From Fastidiosibacter lacustris (GTDB lineage Bacteria; Pseudomonadota; Gammaproteobacteria; Francisellales; Francisellaceae), in assembly GCF_003428155.1 (NCBI RefSeq), contig NZ_QLIR01000011.1:1-32000 (forward strand): DNA of 32,000 bases, in the 5' to 3' direction. The notes beneath the pieces are model-generated. The model did not search any database. It was given only the letters and a program-made list of their open reading frames with translations, and had not been told where the DNA came from. Each line of letters begins with the position of its first letter. Within the stretch, counting starts at the first letter, position 1. This document shows positions 8,589-20,812 of this stretch, one piece after another. The translations under genes and the position numbers were made by a program.

Positions 8589-10691
8589 ATGAAAGGTAAA
8601 TTGAATTATACAGCTGAACAATGGGAGGTTATTAGACATGACCTTGATAGTCATGCTTTGATTGCAGCTGTGGCAGGTAGTGGTAAAACACAGACGTTAA
8701 TTGCACGCATTGAGCACCTATTAGAAAATAATGTAAATCCTCATGAGATATTAGTGTTAATGTTTAATAAATCAGCATGCAATGATTTTCAAAAGAGGTT
8801 AAGCTTACTTGAGTTTGATATGCGTCAACGAATTGACATTAAAACCTTTCATGCTTTAGGGTATAAAACGATTGGTTTTATGGAGAAAAAAGGCTTGCTT
8901 GAACCTGCAACCCTTATCAATGCAGACTACCTATTAGAAAAACTGACAAAAGAGGCTTTACAGAAAACGCACAGATTAATGGCATACAAAGAAGAGATTA
9001 CAACAGAACTTATTGATACCTTTAGTCAATACGTTGCAATGATTAAATCAAACTTACTATTATCAGATGCGCTTAAACTAATCAATAAGAGTGAGTACAG
9101 TAAAGTTGAGGTATTTTTTCAGTTTTATGAACAACTTCGTTATCACTATAAGTGGCGAACATTTGATGACTTACTCTATGAGCCGATGCAAATTTTATAC
9201 AAAAATAAAGTTTTAGCTGAACGCTTTGGCAATCGTTATCATTATGTGATAGTCGATGAATATCAAGATATTAATGAAGTGCAGCAATATTTGTTAAAGC
9301 TTGTTGCTGCAAATGCTAAATCGGTAATGGTAATGGGAGATGTAGATCAAACTATTTATGAATGGCGTGGCTCAAAACCATATTATATGTCAAAAGGTTT
9401 TGCTTTGGATTTTCAGCCACTTAAACGTTATAGTTTATCACAGACTTTTCGCTATGGGCATTTGTTGTCAATGATGGCAAATCAAGTGATTCAATATAAC
9501 GATGTGCGTTCACAAAAAATATGCTTTTCAGCACTAACTGCGCAAAAGAAAACGGACGTCAATATTATCAGTAAAAAGCAGTTAACATCTGTGATTGAAG
9601 CGGTTCAACAGGATTTAGATAATCAGCTATATTTGTTGCAAGATGTCGTTGTTTTAGTGAGGAAATATAGCTCGTCTATATTATTTGAGTTAGCCTGTTT
9701 GCAAGTAGGTATGACTTATCAAATCTTAGGTGGAAAAAGTGTATTTAAACTGTCAATAACCGAGACAATTTTAGGATATTTACAACTCACAGAACAAGCA
9801 AAGTACTTATTGATTCTAGATAAAGCCACGTGCCAAAATATAATATGTACAATGTTAAGCTATCCAAGTTTGTATTTAACAGCAAATCAATTACATAGTC
9901 TAGCAGCACTGCTTTGTGAGCAGCCAACTAAACCTGAAGAAGTATTTTCAGCATTTAATAAAATGTATACTTTGCCTTTTTATCAACAAAAACACATTGA
10001 AGAAAGAATGTTTGTATGGCGCACAATGTTAAATTGGCGTCCAACGGATAAAGCAAAGACAGTTATCAATGGATTATATACACTTTTAGATCTTAAAAGT
10101 TTCTTGACCAAAAAAACTACAGTTAATCCGGTATATATGGATAGTGATGTGGCAGATGCTTGGTTGAGTTTTGCATCGGATGATCAAAAGACTCTTGCAC
10201 AATTTATACAACAGCTTTTAAACTTGAAAGAAAAGTCGTTAAAAGACTCAAATAGCAATAGTGGATTAGTGATTTCATCTATCCATAAGGCAAAGGGTTT
10301 ACAATGGCAGCATGTAATATTGTGCGATATGACAGAACAAAGCTTCTTTGGTAACGTCAGTGAACAACCAACTCAAGAGGAAATTGAGAGAGAACGTAGA
10401 CTTTTCTATGTCGCAATTACACGTGCAATTAGCAAGCTTAGCATTATTGCTGGAACCGACATTGCAAAACTTAATCAATGGTTCAATACAGGTGGTGTGC
10501 GACATCCTTGTGACTTAAGAAAAACAAACTCGGTACGCTTTTTATATGAAAGTCAATTGCTTACGTGTGAAAAAGCGTTACATACACTCACAGAAAATCA
10601 CAATAATGCTGTGAACATTAAGCCAAAATATAATAAACTAATCGCAACTTATTTACAGAGGCTTCAATCAAAGGCCAGTTTAATTGAGTAA
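8589..10691 (+). CDS. UvrD/Rep-family (SF1) ATP-dependent DNA helicase
   Basis: 700 aa. Motif I AVAGSGKTQT, motif II VIVDEYQDIN, motif III MGDVDQTIYEWRG, C-terminal IHKAKGLQW and YVAITRA. Confidence 0.8.
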   Translation: MKGKLNYTAEQWEVIRHDLDSHALIAAVAGSGKTQTLIARIEHLLENNVNPHEILVLMFNKSACNDFQKRLSLLEFDMRQRIDIKTFHALGYKTIGFMEKKGLLEPATLINADYLLEKLTKEALQKTHRLMAYKEEITTELIDTFSQYVAMIKSNLLLSDALKLINKSEYSKVEVFFQFYEQLRYHYKWRTFDDLLYEPMQILYKNKVLAERFGNRYHYVIVDEYQDINEVQQYLLKLVAANAKSVMVMGDVDQTIYEWRGSKPYYMSKGFALDFQPLKRYSLSQTFRYGHLLSMMANQVIQYNDVRSQKICFSALTAQKKTDVNIISKKQLTSVIEAVQQDLDNQLYLLQDVVVLVRKYSSSILFELACLQVGMTYQILGGKSVFKLSITETILGYLQLTEQAKYLLILDKATCQNIICTMLSYPSLYLTANQLHSLAALLCEQPTKPEEVFSAFNKMYTLPFYQQKHIEERMFVWRTMLNWRPTDKAKTVINGLYTLLDLKSFLTKKTTVNPVYMDSDVADAWLSFASDDQKTLAQFIQQLLNLKEKSLKDSNSNSGLVISSIHKAKGLQWQHVILCDMTEQSFFGNVSEQPTQEEIERERRLFYVAITRAISKLSIIAGTDIAKLNQWFNTGGVRHPCDLRKTNSVRFLYESQLLTCEKALHTLTENHNNAVNIKPKYNKLIATYLQRLQSKASLIE

Positions 10692-10694
10692 AAA

Positions 10695-11204
10695 ATGATC
10701 AAAACAGTTAGCATTTTGTTCGTGTGTATGGGCAATATCTGCCGCTCACCCACGGCACATGGCATATTTAGACAATTAGTGCAAGCAGAAAATTTAGAAG
10801 CCTATTTTGAAATAGAATCTGCGGGAACACATTCAGATATTTGGCATAAAGGGAGTGTTTCTGATCCTAGAAGCGTTGCAACAGCGTTAAAATATGATTG
10901 TGATATCTCGGATTTACGTTCAAGACAACTTGTTGCTTGTGACTTTGATTATTATGATTATATTGTTGCGATGGATGAGCAAAATGTTATGGATATGGCA
11001 GTTATTGCTAAAAAAACACATGACATGGGAAAGGTTACAAAATTATTGGACTATGCCCCACATTTAAATCTTAAAGATGTACCTGATCCTTATTATCATC
11101 ACGGATTTGATCAAGTGTATTTGATGATTGATACCGCGTGTAGAAAACTTTTATCACATCTAAAAACCAATTTACAAATAGATAAAAATAATGAATTATC
11201 GTAA
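10695..11204 (+). CDS. Low-molecular-weight protein-tyrosine phosphatase
   Basis: 169 aa. P-loop signature [10 protein letters not shown] (CX5R-S) near the N-terminus and a DPYY acid loop. Starts 3 nt after the helicase stop. Confidence 0.85.
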   Translation: MIKTVSILFVCMGNICRSPTAHGIFRQLVQAENLEAYFEIESAGTHSDIWHKGSVSDPRSVATALKYDCDISDLRSRQLVACDFDYYDYIVAMDEQNVMDMAVIAKKTHDMGKVTKLLDYAPHLNLKDVPDPYYHHGFDQVYLMIDTACRKLLSHLKTNLQIDKNNELS

Positions 11205-11814
11205 TGTAAAGTATTTGATGGGTGCTTCTCTTGTTAGTCAATTACCTCATGATTATGGAATTGAAGTTGCCTTTGCTGGACGCTCAAATGCCGGCAAATC
11301 AAGTGCTTTAAATACTTTGACAGAGCACAATAAACTCGCGCGCGTGAGTAAAACGCCAGGGCGCACACAATTGATTAATCTTTTTAGTCTAGACGAGCAC
11401 AGAAGACTTGTGGATTTGCCTGGTTATGGTTATGCCAAAGTATCAGAGAAAACTAAGGCAAATTGGCAAAAAACGCTAGAGCAATATTTAACTATGCGTC
11501 AATGTTTAAAAGGTATTGTGCTACTTGTTGATGCGCGTCACCCAATTAAAAACTTTGATTGTATGATGGTGGAATCAGCAGTAGTGTATCAGCTAAATTT
11601 ACATATTCTACTAACTAAAGTAGATAAACTTAAAAACAGTGAAAAAGCCAAAGCTGAACGCTTATTGGGTGACTACTTAAAACAAGTCAAAGCAGGTGAA
11701 AACATAAGCTTTCAACTCTTTTCTGCGCATACGGGAACAGGATTAGAGAAGCTAAAGCAAAAGCTTGATTTATGGTATGGTTTACCCTTTGTTGATATGT
11801 CATCTGTTGAGTAG
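11191..11814 (+). CDS. engB: Ribosome biogenesis GTP-binding protein EngB/YihA
   Basis: [18 protein letters not shown] (G1), DLPGYGYA (G3) and TKVDK (G4), collinear with E. coli YihA. Overlaps the preceding gene by 14 nt. Confidence 0.9.
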   Translation: MNYRNVKYLMGASLVSQLPHDYGIEVAFAGRSNAGKSSALNTLTEHNKLARVSKTPGRTQLINLFSLDEHRRLVDLPGYGYAKVSEKTKANWQKTLEQYLTMRQCLKGIVLLVDARHPIKNFDCMMVESAVVYQLNLHILLTKVDKLKNSEKAKAERLLGDYLKQVKAGENISFQLFSAHTGTGLEKLKQKLDLWYGLPFVDMSSVE

Positions 11815-11821
11815 TTTTAAA

Positions 11822-13345
11822 ATGGAGAAAATGGTGAGAAATGACGCTCAAAACACCAGAGAATATGTACTCAAGCTTGAAGATATTCATAAAAATTTTC
11901 CAGGAACAAAGGCATTAGATGGCGCAAGCTTAAACGTTTATAAAGGCAAAGTCATGGGGCTTTTAGGTGAAAATGGCGCAGGTAAATCAACCTTGATGAA
12001 GGTATTAAATGGTATTTACCAAAAAGATAAAGGTGTAATTTACTTTGAAGGACAAGTAGTAAAGTTCAATCACATTCGTCAAGCACAAAAAGCAGGTATT
12101 GCTATGGTCCATCAAGAGCCACACATCTTGCCAGATTTAACGATTGCAGAGAATGTATTACTTGGACAGGAGTTAATGCAACATCGTTTTAAAATCAATT
12201 GGAAAGCAATGTATAAAAAAGTGGATGATTTGTTGCAATCACTACATATGAAACAAAAGGCCAAATCTCTGGCGCAAGGTGTAAGTATAGGTGACCAAAA
12301 ATTGCTAGAAATTGCCAAAGCATTATCTATCGATGCAAAAGTCATTATCATGGATGAGCCAACCGATGCTTTAACAGAAAAAGAAGTTTTGCGATTGTTT
12401 GAAATCATTCGTAAGTTATGCTTTCAAGGTAAAAGTATTATTTATATTTCGCACCGAATGGAAGAGATTTTTGATATATGTGATGACATTACTATTATGC
12501 GTGATGGTCAATCTATTATCGAAAGCCCAATAAGTATACTCAATTACGAACAAATCATCGAAAAAATGGTTGGACGTAAATTAGAGCAAATTACATATAA
12601 AGGGCAAAGCATCTTAAAAAGTAAGCAAAAGGTTTTTTGTGCTCAAAATATTAGTAATAATCAAATTAAGCCTATAAGCTTTGAGATTTATCAGGGTGAA
12701 GTGTTAGGATTTTATGGTCTTATTGGTGCAGGTAGAACACAATTGGCACGCAGTATTTATGGTTGCTATCCGATTGTTGAAGGTGAGCTTATATTAGAAG
12801 GCAAATTGATTAAGGTCAAAAGTCCTTATGAAGCGATCGTGCATGGGATTATCTATATTTCAGAAGATAGAAAAATAGATGGACTTATTATTGGTGCTAG
12901 TGTACGCGAAAACATGTCTCTATCAACTTTAAAGTCCTTAAGTAATCGATTTGGACATATTGATTGCAAAAAAGAAAAGGAAGAAGTGAATCGGTATATC
13001 GAGAAGTTTAAAATTAAAACCTCTAGCCAAACGCAACTTGTGCAAAATTTAAGTGGAGGAAATCAGCAGAAGATCTCAATTGCAAAAGGCTTAATGTGTC
13101 ATCCAAAACTTCTCATCTTAGATGAACCTACGCGCGGCATTGATGTTGCAGCAAAACGTGAGATCTACCGTTTAATACATGAATTTAAACAACGTGGTTT
13201 GGCAATTTTACTGATATCATCCGAGATGCCAGAGGTAATTGGATTAAGTGATCGTTTAATGGTAATGAGTGATAGGCAAATCAAGGGTGAGCTTGAGTTA
13301 GGTGCCATTACACAGGAAGCAATTATGAAACTGGCGCTTGGCTAA
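11822..13345 (+). CDS. rbsA: Ribose/sugar ABC transporter ATP-binding protein (tandem ABC domains)
   Basis: Two ABC cassettes (GENGAGKST plus LSIGDQKLLEIA...IIMDEP, and GLIGAGRT plus LSGGNQQKISIA...LILDEP). I moved the start to ATG 11822 (MEKMVRND), just after the engB stop; 11831 is also possible. Confidence 0.85.
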   Translation: MEKMVRNDAQNTREYVLKLEDIHKNFPGTKALDGASLNVYKGKVMGLLGENGAGKSTLMKVLNGIYQKDKGVIYFEGQVVKFNHIRQAQKAGIAMVHQEPHILPDLTIAENVLLGQELMQHRFKINWKAMYKKVDDLLQSLHMKQKAKSLAQGVSIGDQKLLEIAKALSIDAKVIIMDEPTDALTEKEVLRLFEIIRKLCFQGKSIIYISHRMEEIFDICDDITIMRDGQSIIESPISILNYEQIIEKMVGRKLEQITYKGQSILKSKQKVFCAQNISNNQIKPISFEIYQGEVLGFYGLIGAGRTQLARSIYGCYPIVEGELILEGKLIKVKSPYEAIVHGIIYISEDRKIDGLIIGASVRENMSLSTLKSLSNRFGHIDCKKEKEEVNRYIEKFKIKTSSQTQLVQNLSGGNQQKISIAKGLMCHPKLLILDEPTRGIDVAAKREIYRLIHEFKQRGLAILLISSEMPEVIGLSDRLMVMSDRQIKGELELGAITQEAIMKLALG

Positions 13346-13358
13346 TAAAGAGAGGACT

Positions 13359-14306
13359 ATGGGAAAAATCAAATATAAATTTTTAAGTAAGCAATTTCTT
13401 ATCGAATATAAGGCAGCAATTGTCCTTATTATAATGGTTATTGTTATGTCGTGTTTAAACGAGTATTTTTTAACGTGGAGCAATATTTTAGTAGTTTTAC
13501 AGCAAACTTCAGTCAATGCGATTATTGCAGTTGGTATGACATTTGTAATTTTAACCAAAGGCATTGATTTATCTGTAGGTTCAGTTTTAGCATTGTGTGG
13601 TATGATTTGTGCTTTTTTATTATATTGGGAATGTCCTTTATATATTGTTATACCCTTAACAATACTAGTTGGTATTGTTTTAGGAGCTATTAGTGGCATA
13701 ATTGTAACCAAAGGTGTAGTACAACCTTTTATTGCAACGTTAATTACAATGACACTTTTTCGTGGTTTAACAATGGTGTTTAGCAATGGTTACCCTGTTG
13801 CAACGAGCTCAGATGCCTTTGCCGTTATTGGAACATGGCGCCTGTTTGGAGTTCCTGTGTCAGTTTATATAACAGCTATGATTTTTGGGTCAGCTTTTTA
13901 TATTTTAAAGTACACGCGTTTTGGTCGTTATGTTTATGCTACAGGCGGTAATGAAGAAGCTGCTAAATTAGCAGGTATTCGCATAAATAACATTAAACTT
14001 GCAGTGTATGTCATTTCAGGTGCATTAGCTGCAGTGGCCGCGATGGTTATCACTTCGCGCTTATCTTCGGCGCAACCGACAGCAGGAACAGGTTATGAGC
14101 TTGATGCTATTGCTGCCGTTGTTTTAGGTGGAACAAGCTTGTTTGGTGGTAAAGGTAAAATCATAGGCACTTTGATGGGTGCGCTTATTATTGGGCTGTT
14201 GAGTAATGCTCTTAATTTAATGGATGTTTCATCATATTATCAAATGATTGTGAAAGCATTCGTTATTTTAATTGCAGTATTATTTGATTTTAAAGTAAAA
14301 AACTAA
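13359..14306 (+). CDS. rbsC: Ribose ABC transporter permease
   Basis: Hydrophobic, about 315 aa, in the RbsC/AraH family (ATGGNEEAAKLAGI motif). The track ORF starts at a TTG (13338). ATG 13359 is preceded by AGAGAGGA. Confidence 0.85.
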   Translation: MGKIKYKFLSKQFLIEYKAAIVLIIMVIVMSCLNEYFLTWSNILVVLQQTSVNAIIAVGMTFVILTKGIDLSVGSVLALCGMICAFLLYWECPLYIVIPLTILVGIVLGAISGIIVTKGVVQPFIATLITMTLFRGLTMVFSNGYPVATSSDAFAVIGTWRLFGVPVSVYITAMIFGSAFYILKYTRFGRYVYATGGNEEAAKLAGIRINNIKLAVYVISGALAAVAAMVITSRLSSAQPTAGTGYELDAIAAVVLGGTSLFGGKGKIIGTLMGALIIGLLSNALNLMDVSSYYQMIVKAFVILIAVLFDFKVKN

Positions 14307-14329
14307 CCAACCTTATGGAGAGAAGTCGT

Positions 14330-15241
14330 ATGAAAAATAAAATCATGAAGTATGTCAGTTTAATCATAGGTATTTTTTCGATTTTAATATTAGCAGGTTG
14401 TGGAAACTCAAATGACAATAGCAAAACCATTGGTTTGGTTGTTTCTACGCTAGATAACCCATTTTTTGTCAGTATGAAAAGTGGTGCAGAGGAAACAGCA
14501 AAAGCAGAGGGTTATAAGGTTATTGTTCTTGATTCACGCAATGATCCATCTAAAGAATTATCGAACGTACAAGATCTTGTTACACGTAATATTAAAGTTA
14601 TTATTATCAATCCAACTGACTCACAGGCGGTTTCTAATGCGGTGAAATATGCCAATCAACACAACGTTGAAGTGATTACTTTAGATCGAACTGCTGTTCA
14701 AGGGAAAGTATTATCTCACGTTGAATCGAATAATGTTGTAGGTGGAAAAATGGCTGCTCAATATATGATTGAGCGCTTAAATGATAGTGGTAAAATCATA
14801 GAACTTGAGGGGATTCCTGGTACATCTGCTGCAAAAGAGCGAGGTAAAGGTTTCGAAGATGAAATTGCCAACTCAGGCATCACGATTGTTGCTAAACAAC
14901 CTGCAAACTTTGATCGTACCCAAGGTTTAAACGTAACCCAAAATCTATTGCAGGCCAATCCTGATATTAATGGTATTTTTGCACAAAATGATGAAATGGC
15001 ATTAGGTGCAATACGTGCTGTAGAAGAAGCTGGTAAAAAGCGTATTATAATTATAGGCTTTGATGGTACCAAAGAAGCTATCAATGCAGTAAAAGCTGGG
15101 AAAATGACAGCTAGTATTGCTCAGCAGCCTTATTTAATGGGAGAGCTAGGGGTTGAGGCAGCAATTAAATTCTTAGTTGGTCAAAAGGTTAATCCACATA
15201 TTGTTGTGCCATTAAGATTGGTAACACAATCTAATGCTTAA
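14330..15241 (+). CDS. rbsB: Ribose-binding protein, apparently lipoprotein-anchored
   Basis: Collinear with E. coli RbsB (VVSTLDNPFFVSMK..., VIVLDS..., IIINPTDS..., ITLDR..., FAQNDEMALGA...). The N-terminus carries a lipobox, LILAGC. ATG 14330 lies 7 nt after GGAGAG. Confidence 0.85.
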   Translation: MKNKIMKYVSLIIGIFSILILAGCGNSNDNSKTIGLVVSTLDNPFFVSMKSGAEETAKAEGYKVIVLDSRNDPSKELSNVQDLVTRNIKVIIINPTDSQAVSNAVKYANQHNVEVITLDRTAVQGKVLSHVESNNVVGGKMAAQYMIERLNDSGKIIELEGIPGTSAAKERGKGFEDEIANSGITIVAKQPANFDRTQGLNVTQNLLQANPDINGIFAQNDEMALGAIRAVEEAGKKRIIIIGFDGTKEAINAVKAGKMTASIAQQPYLMGELGVEAAIKFLVGQKVNPHIVVPLRLVTQSNA

Positions 15242-15297
15242 TTGAAAAAGTAAACTCAATTTCTTTATGGATATTGGTTAATCCACTGGGCATTTAA

Positions 15298-17245
<1,948 letters not shown>

Positions 17246-17249
<4 letters not shown>

Positions 17250-17938
17250 AAAGAATTGTGGTTATTCCTGCAAGTGGCATAGGTTCAAGGATGCAGCAAG
17301 ACATTCCTAAGCAATATATTAAGCTAGATAATGGTTTGACGATTCTAGACACAACAATTTCATGCTTATTGAGTGAGTCTTTTTTTGATTTAATTGTAGT
17401 AGCGCTTAATTCAAAAGATCGCCATTGGAAGTATTCAATTCATACTACTAATGCACACATTAAAATTTGTGCAGGAGGGGCAGAAAGAAGAGATAGCGTG
17501 CGCAATGCACTGATGGCATTAAAAAATATTGCTAAAGATGACGATTGGATTTTTGTACACGATGCCGTGCGCCCTTGTGTTCGTCTAGATGATATACGGC
17601 GTTTATATGCTTCCGTTATGGTAGAAAATGCTATTGGTGGCGTTTTGGCATTAAAGGCGTCTGATACAGTTAAATGCGTTGATAAGCAACAAAATATTAT
17701 TAAAACAACAGATCGAAATTATATTTATCTTGCACAAACGCCTCAAGTTTTTAAATATAGAACTTTGTTAATGGGATATTATTTTTGTTTGCATAATGAC
17801 ATATTAGTGACTGACGATTCATCTGTAGTTGAAGCATTGGATCACCAACCAATTGTGATAGAGGGAGATAAACGTAATATCAAAATTACAACGCCAGATG
17901 ATTTAGTGCTAGCAAATTATTTTTTGTCAACGCTATGA
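17246..17938 (+). CDS. ispD: 2-C-methyl-D-erythritol 4-phosphate cytidylyltransferase
   Basis: N-terminal VVIPASGIGSRMQQDIPKQYIKL, plus VHDAVRPC and AQTPQVF motifs. The GTG start overlaps the ftsB stop (GTGA). Confidence 0.9.
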
Positions 17939-18005
17939 GACATACTTCTCATATTTTTGAAATTCGCTACAATGAGTTTACCTATTGCAAAGGATAAGCT
18001 TAACC

Positions 18006-19349
18006 ATGCCAAATTACCTTATCAAAAATCCAACAATTGTTAATGAAGGAAAAATATTTGTTGCAGATGTCTTAATTGAAGATGGGCGTATTACACAAAT
18101 TAAAGTTGGTATAGAATCACATCAAAATGTTAAAATTATTGATGCTGAAGGTTTATATTTATTACCTGGTATGATAGATGATCAGGTGCATTTTCGCGAA
18201 CCAGGCTTAACCTATAAAGCAGATATTGAAAGCGAATCAAAAGCAGCAGTTGCGGGTGGTATTACTTCATACATGGAAATGCCAAATTGTAAGCCTGCGA
18301 CCGTGAATATTGAACGTTTGCAAGCAAAGAAAGATCTAGCCAGTTTAAAATCACATGCTAATTTTGCATTTTACCTTGGGGCAACGAATGATAATATTGA
18401 TGAGCTTAAACGCTTAAAGACGGATGATGCTTGTGGTGTTAAAATTTTCATGGGCGCATCAACAGGTAACATGTTAGTTGATAATATTAAAATCTTAGAA
18501 GGCTTTTTTGCAAATTCACCAATCTTAATTGCAACGCATTGTGAAGACACACCAATTATTACGACTAACGAAGAAAAATATAAAGCTCAATACGGTGAGA
18601 ATATCCCATTTAATTTACATGCAGAAATTAGAAGTCGTGAAGCATGTATCAAATCGTCCAAACTTGCAGTAGAGTTGGCCAAAAAATTTAACACTAAGCT
18701 TAACGTTTTACATATTACAACTAAAGAAGAGCTTCAATTATTTGCAGATAATAAAACTAAGGATTTAGTCAATAAACGTATCACCGCTGAGGTTTGTGCT
18801 CACCATTTGTTTTTTTCACGCAAAGACTATGATATGAGAAAAGGCTTGATCAAATGTAATCCTGCAATCAAAGAAGAAGCAGATCGTTTGGCATTATTAC
18901 AAGCTGTAAATGATAATACGTTAGATGTCATTGCCACTGATCATGCTCCACATACATGGGCAGAAAAACATCAAAGTTATTTTCAAGTACCTTCAGGTTT
19001 ACCACTTGTCCAACATGCTTTATTATCTCTTTTGGAGCACTATCACCATGGTATTTTTAGACTTGAAAAAATTGTCCAAAAAATATCCCACGCACCAGCA
19101 ATTATCTACCAAGTAAAAGATCGAGGTTTTATTCGTGAAGGTTATTGGGCAGATTTGGTGTTAGTTGATTTAAATACACAAAACAAAATTACGGATACAA
19201 CAGCTAAATCAAAATGTGGTTGGTCTCCGTTTAGTGGTTTAACGTTTTCATCAGCAATCGATAAAACCTTTGTTAATGGCATATTGAAGTATGAACATGG
19301 TAAGGTTATAGCAGATAATTTGGCTATGCCTTTGAGTTTTAACAATTAA
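18006..19349 (+). CDS. pyrC: Dihydroorotase-type cyclic amidohydrolase
   Basis: Amidohydrolase signatures DDQVHFREPG, GVKIFMG (candidate carbamylated Lys), ATHCED, VLHITT and ATDHAPH. The track ORF begins at TTG 17985; I prefer ATG 18006 (MPNYLIKNP). Confidence 0.75.
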   Translation: MPNYLIKNPTIVNEGKIFVADVLIEDGRITQIKVGIESHQNVKIIDAEGLYLLPGMIDDQVHFREPGLTYKADIESESKAAVAGGITSYMEMPNCKPATVNIERLQAKKDLASLKSHANFAFYLGATNDNIDELKRLKTDDACGVKIFMGASTGNMLVDNIKILEGFFANSPILIATHCEDTPIITTNEEKYKAQYGENIPFNLHAEIRSREACIKSSKLAVELAKKFNTKLNVLHITTKEELQLFADNKTKDLVNKRITAEVCAHHLFFSRKDYDMRKGLIKCNPAIKEEADRLALLQAVNDNTLDVIATDHAPHTWAEKHQSYFQVPSGLPLVQHALLSLLEHYHHGIFRLEKIVQKISHAPAIIYQVKDRGFIREGYWADLVLVDLNTQNKITDTTAKSKCGWSPFSGLTFSSAIDKTFVNGILKYEHGKVIADNLAMPLSFNN

Positions 19350-19481
19350 GAATATTTCAAGGTAGTTTAATGGTGTTAATTGACGATGATATAAGTGGTG
19401 GCTTGATCCAATATGGGAGGCTTGTATACCATTTTCTATTAAAATAGACGTTTGTAACACCACCAATAGAAAGTTTTGCAA

Positions 19482-19513
19482 CTAGAAATGCCCACATAAG
19501 CGGGCATTTCTAG
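19482..19513. terminator. Candidate bidirectional rho-independent terminator between convergent pyrC and the ompA-family gene
   Basis: Perfect 12-bp inverted repeat ctagaaatgccc / gggcatttctag with an 8-nt loop (acataagc). It is followed by ttattgt on the plus strand. Confidence 0.6.
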
Positions 19514-19535
19514 TTATTGTATCTATTTTAAAGTA

Positions 19536-20543
19536 TTATTGTGCTTTTAGTGGCACAGGAATGCTTGCCTCAACACGTTGGTTGATAGATTGATTTGCTT
19601 TAGTTGTATTTGGTACCAATGGGTGTGTGTATCCATAACCAATCACTTCAATGTTACTTGCGTCGACACCTTTAGAAATCATGTAAGTTTTAACTGCTTG
19701 AGCACGATTAACAGAAAGTTGTTGGTTATATTGTGCATAGGCCTGTCCAGTCTTACCTTGCGATGCAAAGCCTTTTAATACAACTTTATTAATATTATAT
19801 TCTTTCATAAAATTAATTAAGTTATTAATTGCTGCTTTTGCTTTTGCATCTAACGTATAATTGCTATAAGCGAATTTCGCATCTAAATGCATTGTAACTT
19901 TGTCGCCATCAACAGTATAGCAACCAATTGATTCACGCGTCATTTCAGAAGTGTTTGCTTGACACTCCATTACATTTTTAGGTAAAGCATAGGTTGCATG
20001 ATATTCATTTTCGCGTGCTTGTTGTTCAGTTGACATTGGACCTACTGCTGCATAAGCGCTTGAATTACTTGCACCACCAAAATACAAACCAATACCAACA
20101 GTAACCATGCTACCATTTGGTGTTTTAGAACCAAATGATTGTAAGTAGCGGTAATCCGCCGATACAAACGCATTAGGCGCGAAGTCATATTTAACACCAG
20201 CACCTACATCCAAACCAAATGAATTCGTTGTAAAATTCATATAACCGCCACCTAATGCTACATAAGGAGTTAAGTTTGTGCTATTGGTAAGGTTCCAAAT
20301 GCCTTCAGCAAGAACTGTTTTTTGATTATTGCCCATATAGCTTAGAGTCGTTTGTGCAGCTAGGTTTTTATTGAAGCCATAACCAACCGTACCAACTACC
20401 GCAGGACCAGTATTAGAATGGCTGTTGTTAAAATAACCACCCAAACCAAATTGTCCATATAATTGCTTGCTATGATCATTAGCTGCAAATGCACCTGAGC
20501 ATAATCCAGCTGCTAGCAAACTTACAATGATTTTTTTCTTCAT
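19536..20543 (-). CDS. OmpA-family outer membrane protein (N-terminal beta-barrel plus C-terminal OmpA-like domain)
   Basis: Signal peptide MKKKIIVSLLAAGLCSGAFA. The N-terminal half is Gly/Tyr/aromatic-rich and alternating. The C-terminus reads LSVNRAQAVKTYMISKGVDASNIEVIGYGYTHPLVPNTT...NQRVE (OmpA_C-like). AAGGAGAA precedes the ATG. Confidence 0.8.
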   Translation of the reverse strand: MKKKIIVSLLAAGLCSGAFAANDHSKQLYGQFGLGGYFNNSHSNTGPAVVGTVGYGFNKNLAAQTTLSYMGNNQKTVLAEGIWNLTNSTNLTPYVALGGGYMNFTTNSFGLDVGAGVKYDFAPNAFVSADYRYLQSFGSKTPNGSMVTVGIGLYFGGASNSSAYAAVGPMSTEQQARENEYHATYALPKNVMECQANTSEMTRESIGCYTVDGDKVTMHLDAKFAYSNYTLDAKAKAAINNLINFMKEYNINKVVLKGFASQGKTGQAYAQYNQQLSVNRAQAVKTYMISKGVDASNIEVIGYGYTHPLVPNTTKANQSINQRVEASIPVPLKAQ

Positions 20544-20812
20544 GTTTTCTCCTTTTTTTAAGTTATCATTATTTAATCTAAATTAAATTTAAACTAGGTA
20601 CTCTCTGTATCATCTTACGAAAGTCATAAGATGGGATCTATGCTTAACTACATTCAATTTAAACTCATGCCAGTATAATTAACTTTTTAGCGAAGGTGGA
20701 GAGGGGTTAGCGCTTTTTTTCATAAAAATGCTGGAAATCTTATTGTTTCTGCGATTTATCTACGTTTAAATGGGGTTATTTTGTTTCTCACCCAATTAGT
20801 AAGGAAAGCCAT

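Noticed and set aside
11765-11821. Upstream extension of rbsA overlapping the engB 3' end
   Set aside because: The extension ([19 protein letters not shown]) lies inside engB in another frame. ABC-ATPase homology begins after MEKMVRN.
12112-15084. Antisense ORFs inside rbsA/rbsC/rbsB (12112-12408, 13298-13786, 14758-15084)
   Set aside because: They lie wholly within strongly supported genes on the opposite strand. Their composition is typical of antisense frames, and I recognise no motifs.
18177-18194. Gln in place of the first His of the dihydroorotase HxH metal motif (DDQVHF), possibly indicating an inactive PyrC'
   Set aside because: As far as I recall, DDQVHFREPG is the normal signature of one bacterial DHOase class (Bacteroidetes-type). 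The other ligand motifs (KIFMG, HCED, LHIT, DHAPH) are intact. It is therefore not evidence of a pseudoenzyme.
19350-19481. Possible structured RNA in the 130-nt pyrC 3' region (gtggtg/caccac and ggtgtta/taacacc complementarities)
   Set aside because: There are only short, interrupted complementarities and I recognise no covariation or motif. The clear hairpin at 19482-19513 is sufficient to explain the region as a terminator.
20674-20679. TATAAT hexamer in the ompA/aminopeptidase P divergent spacer, and the nearby ttagcg...ttagcgcttttttt
   Set aside because: The hexamer has no properly spaced -35. The ttagcg elements are direct rather than inverted repeats, so they form no terminator hairpin. 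Such hexamers are too common in AT-rich DNA to call.
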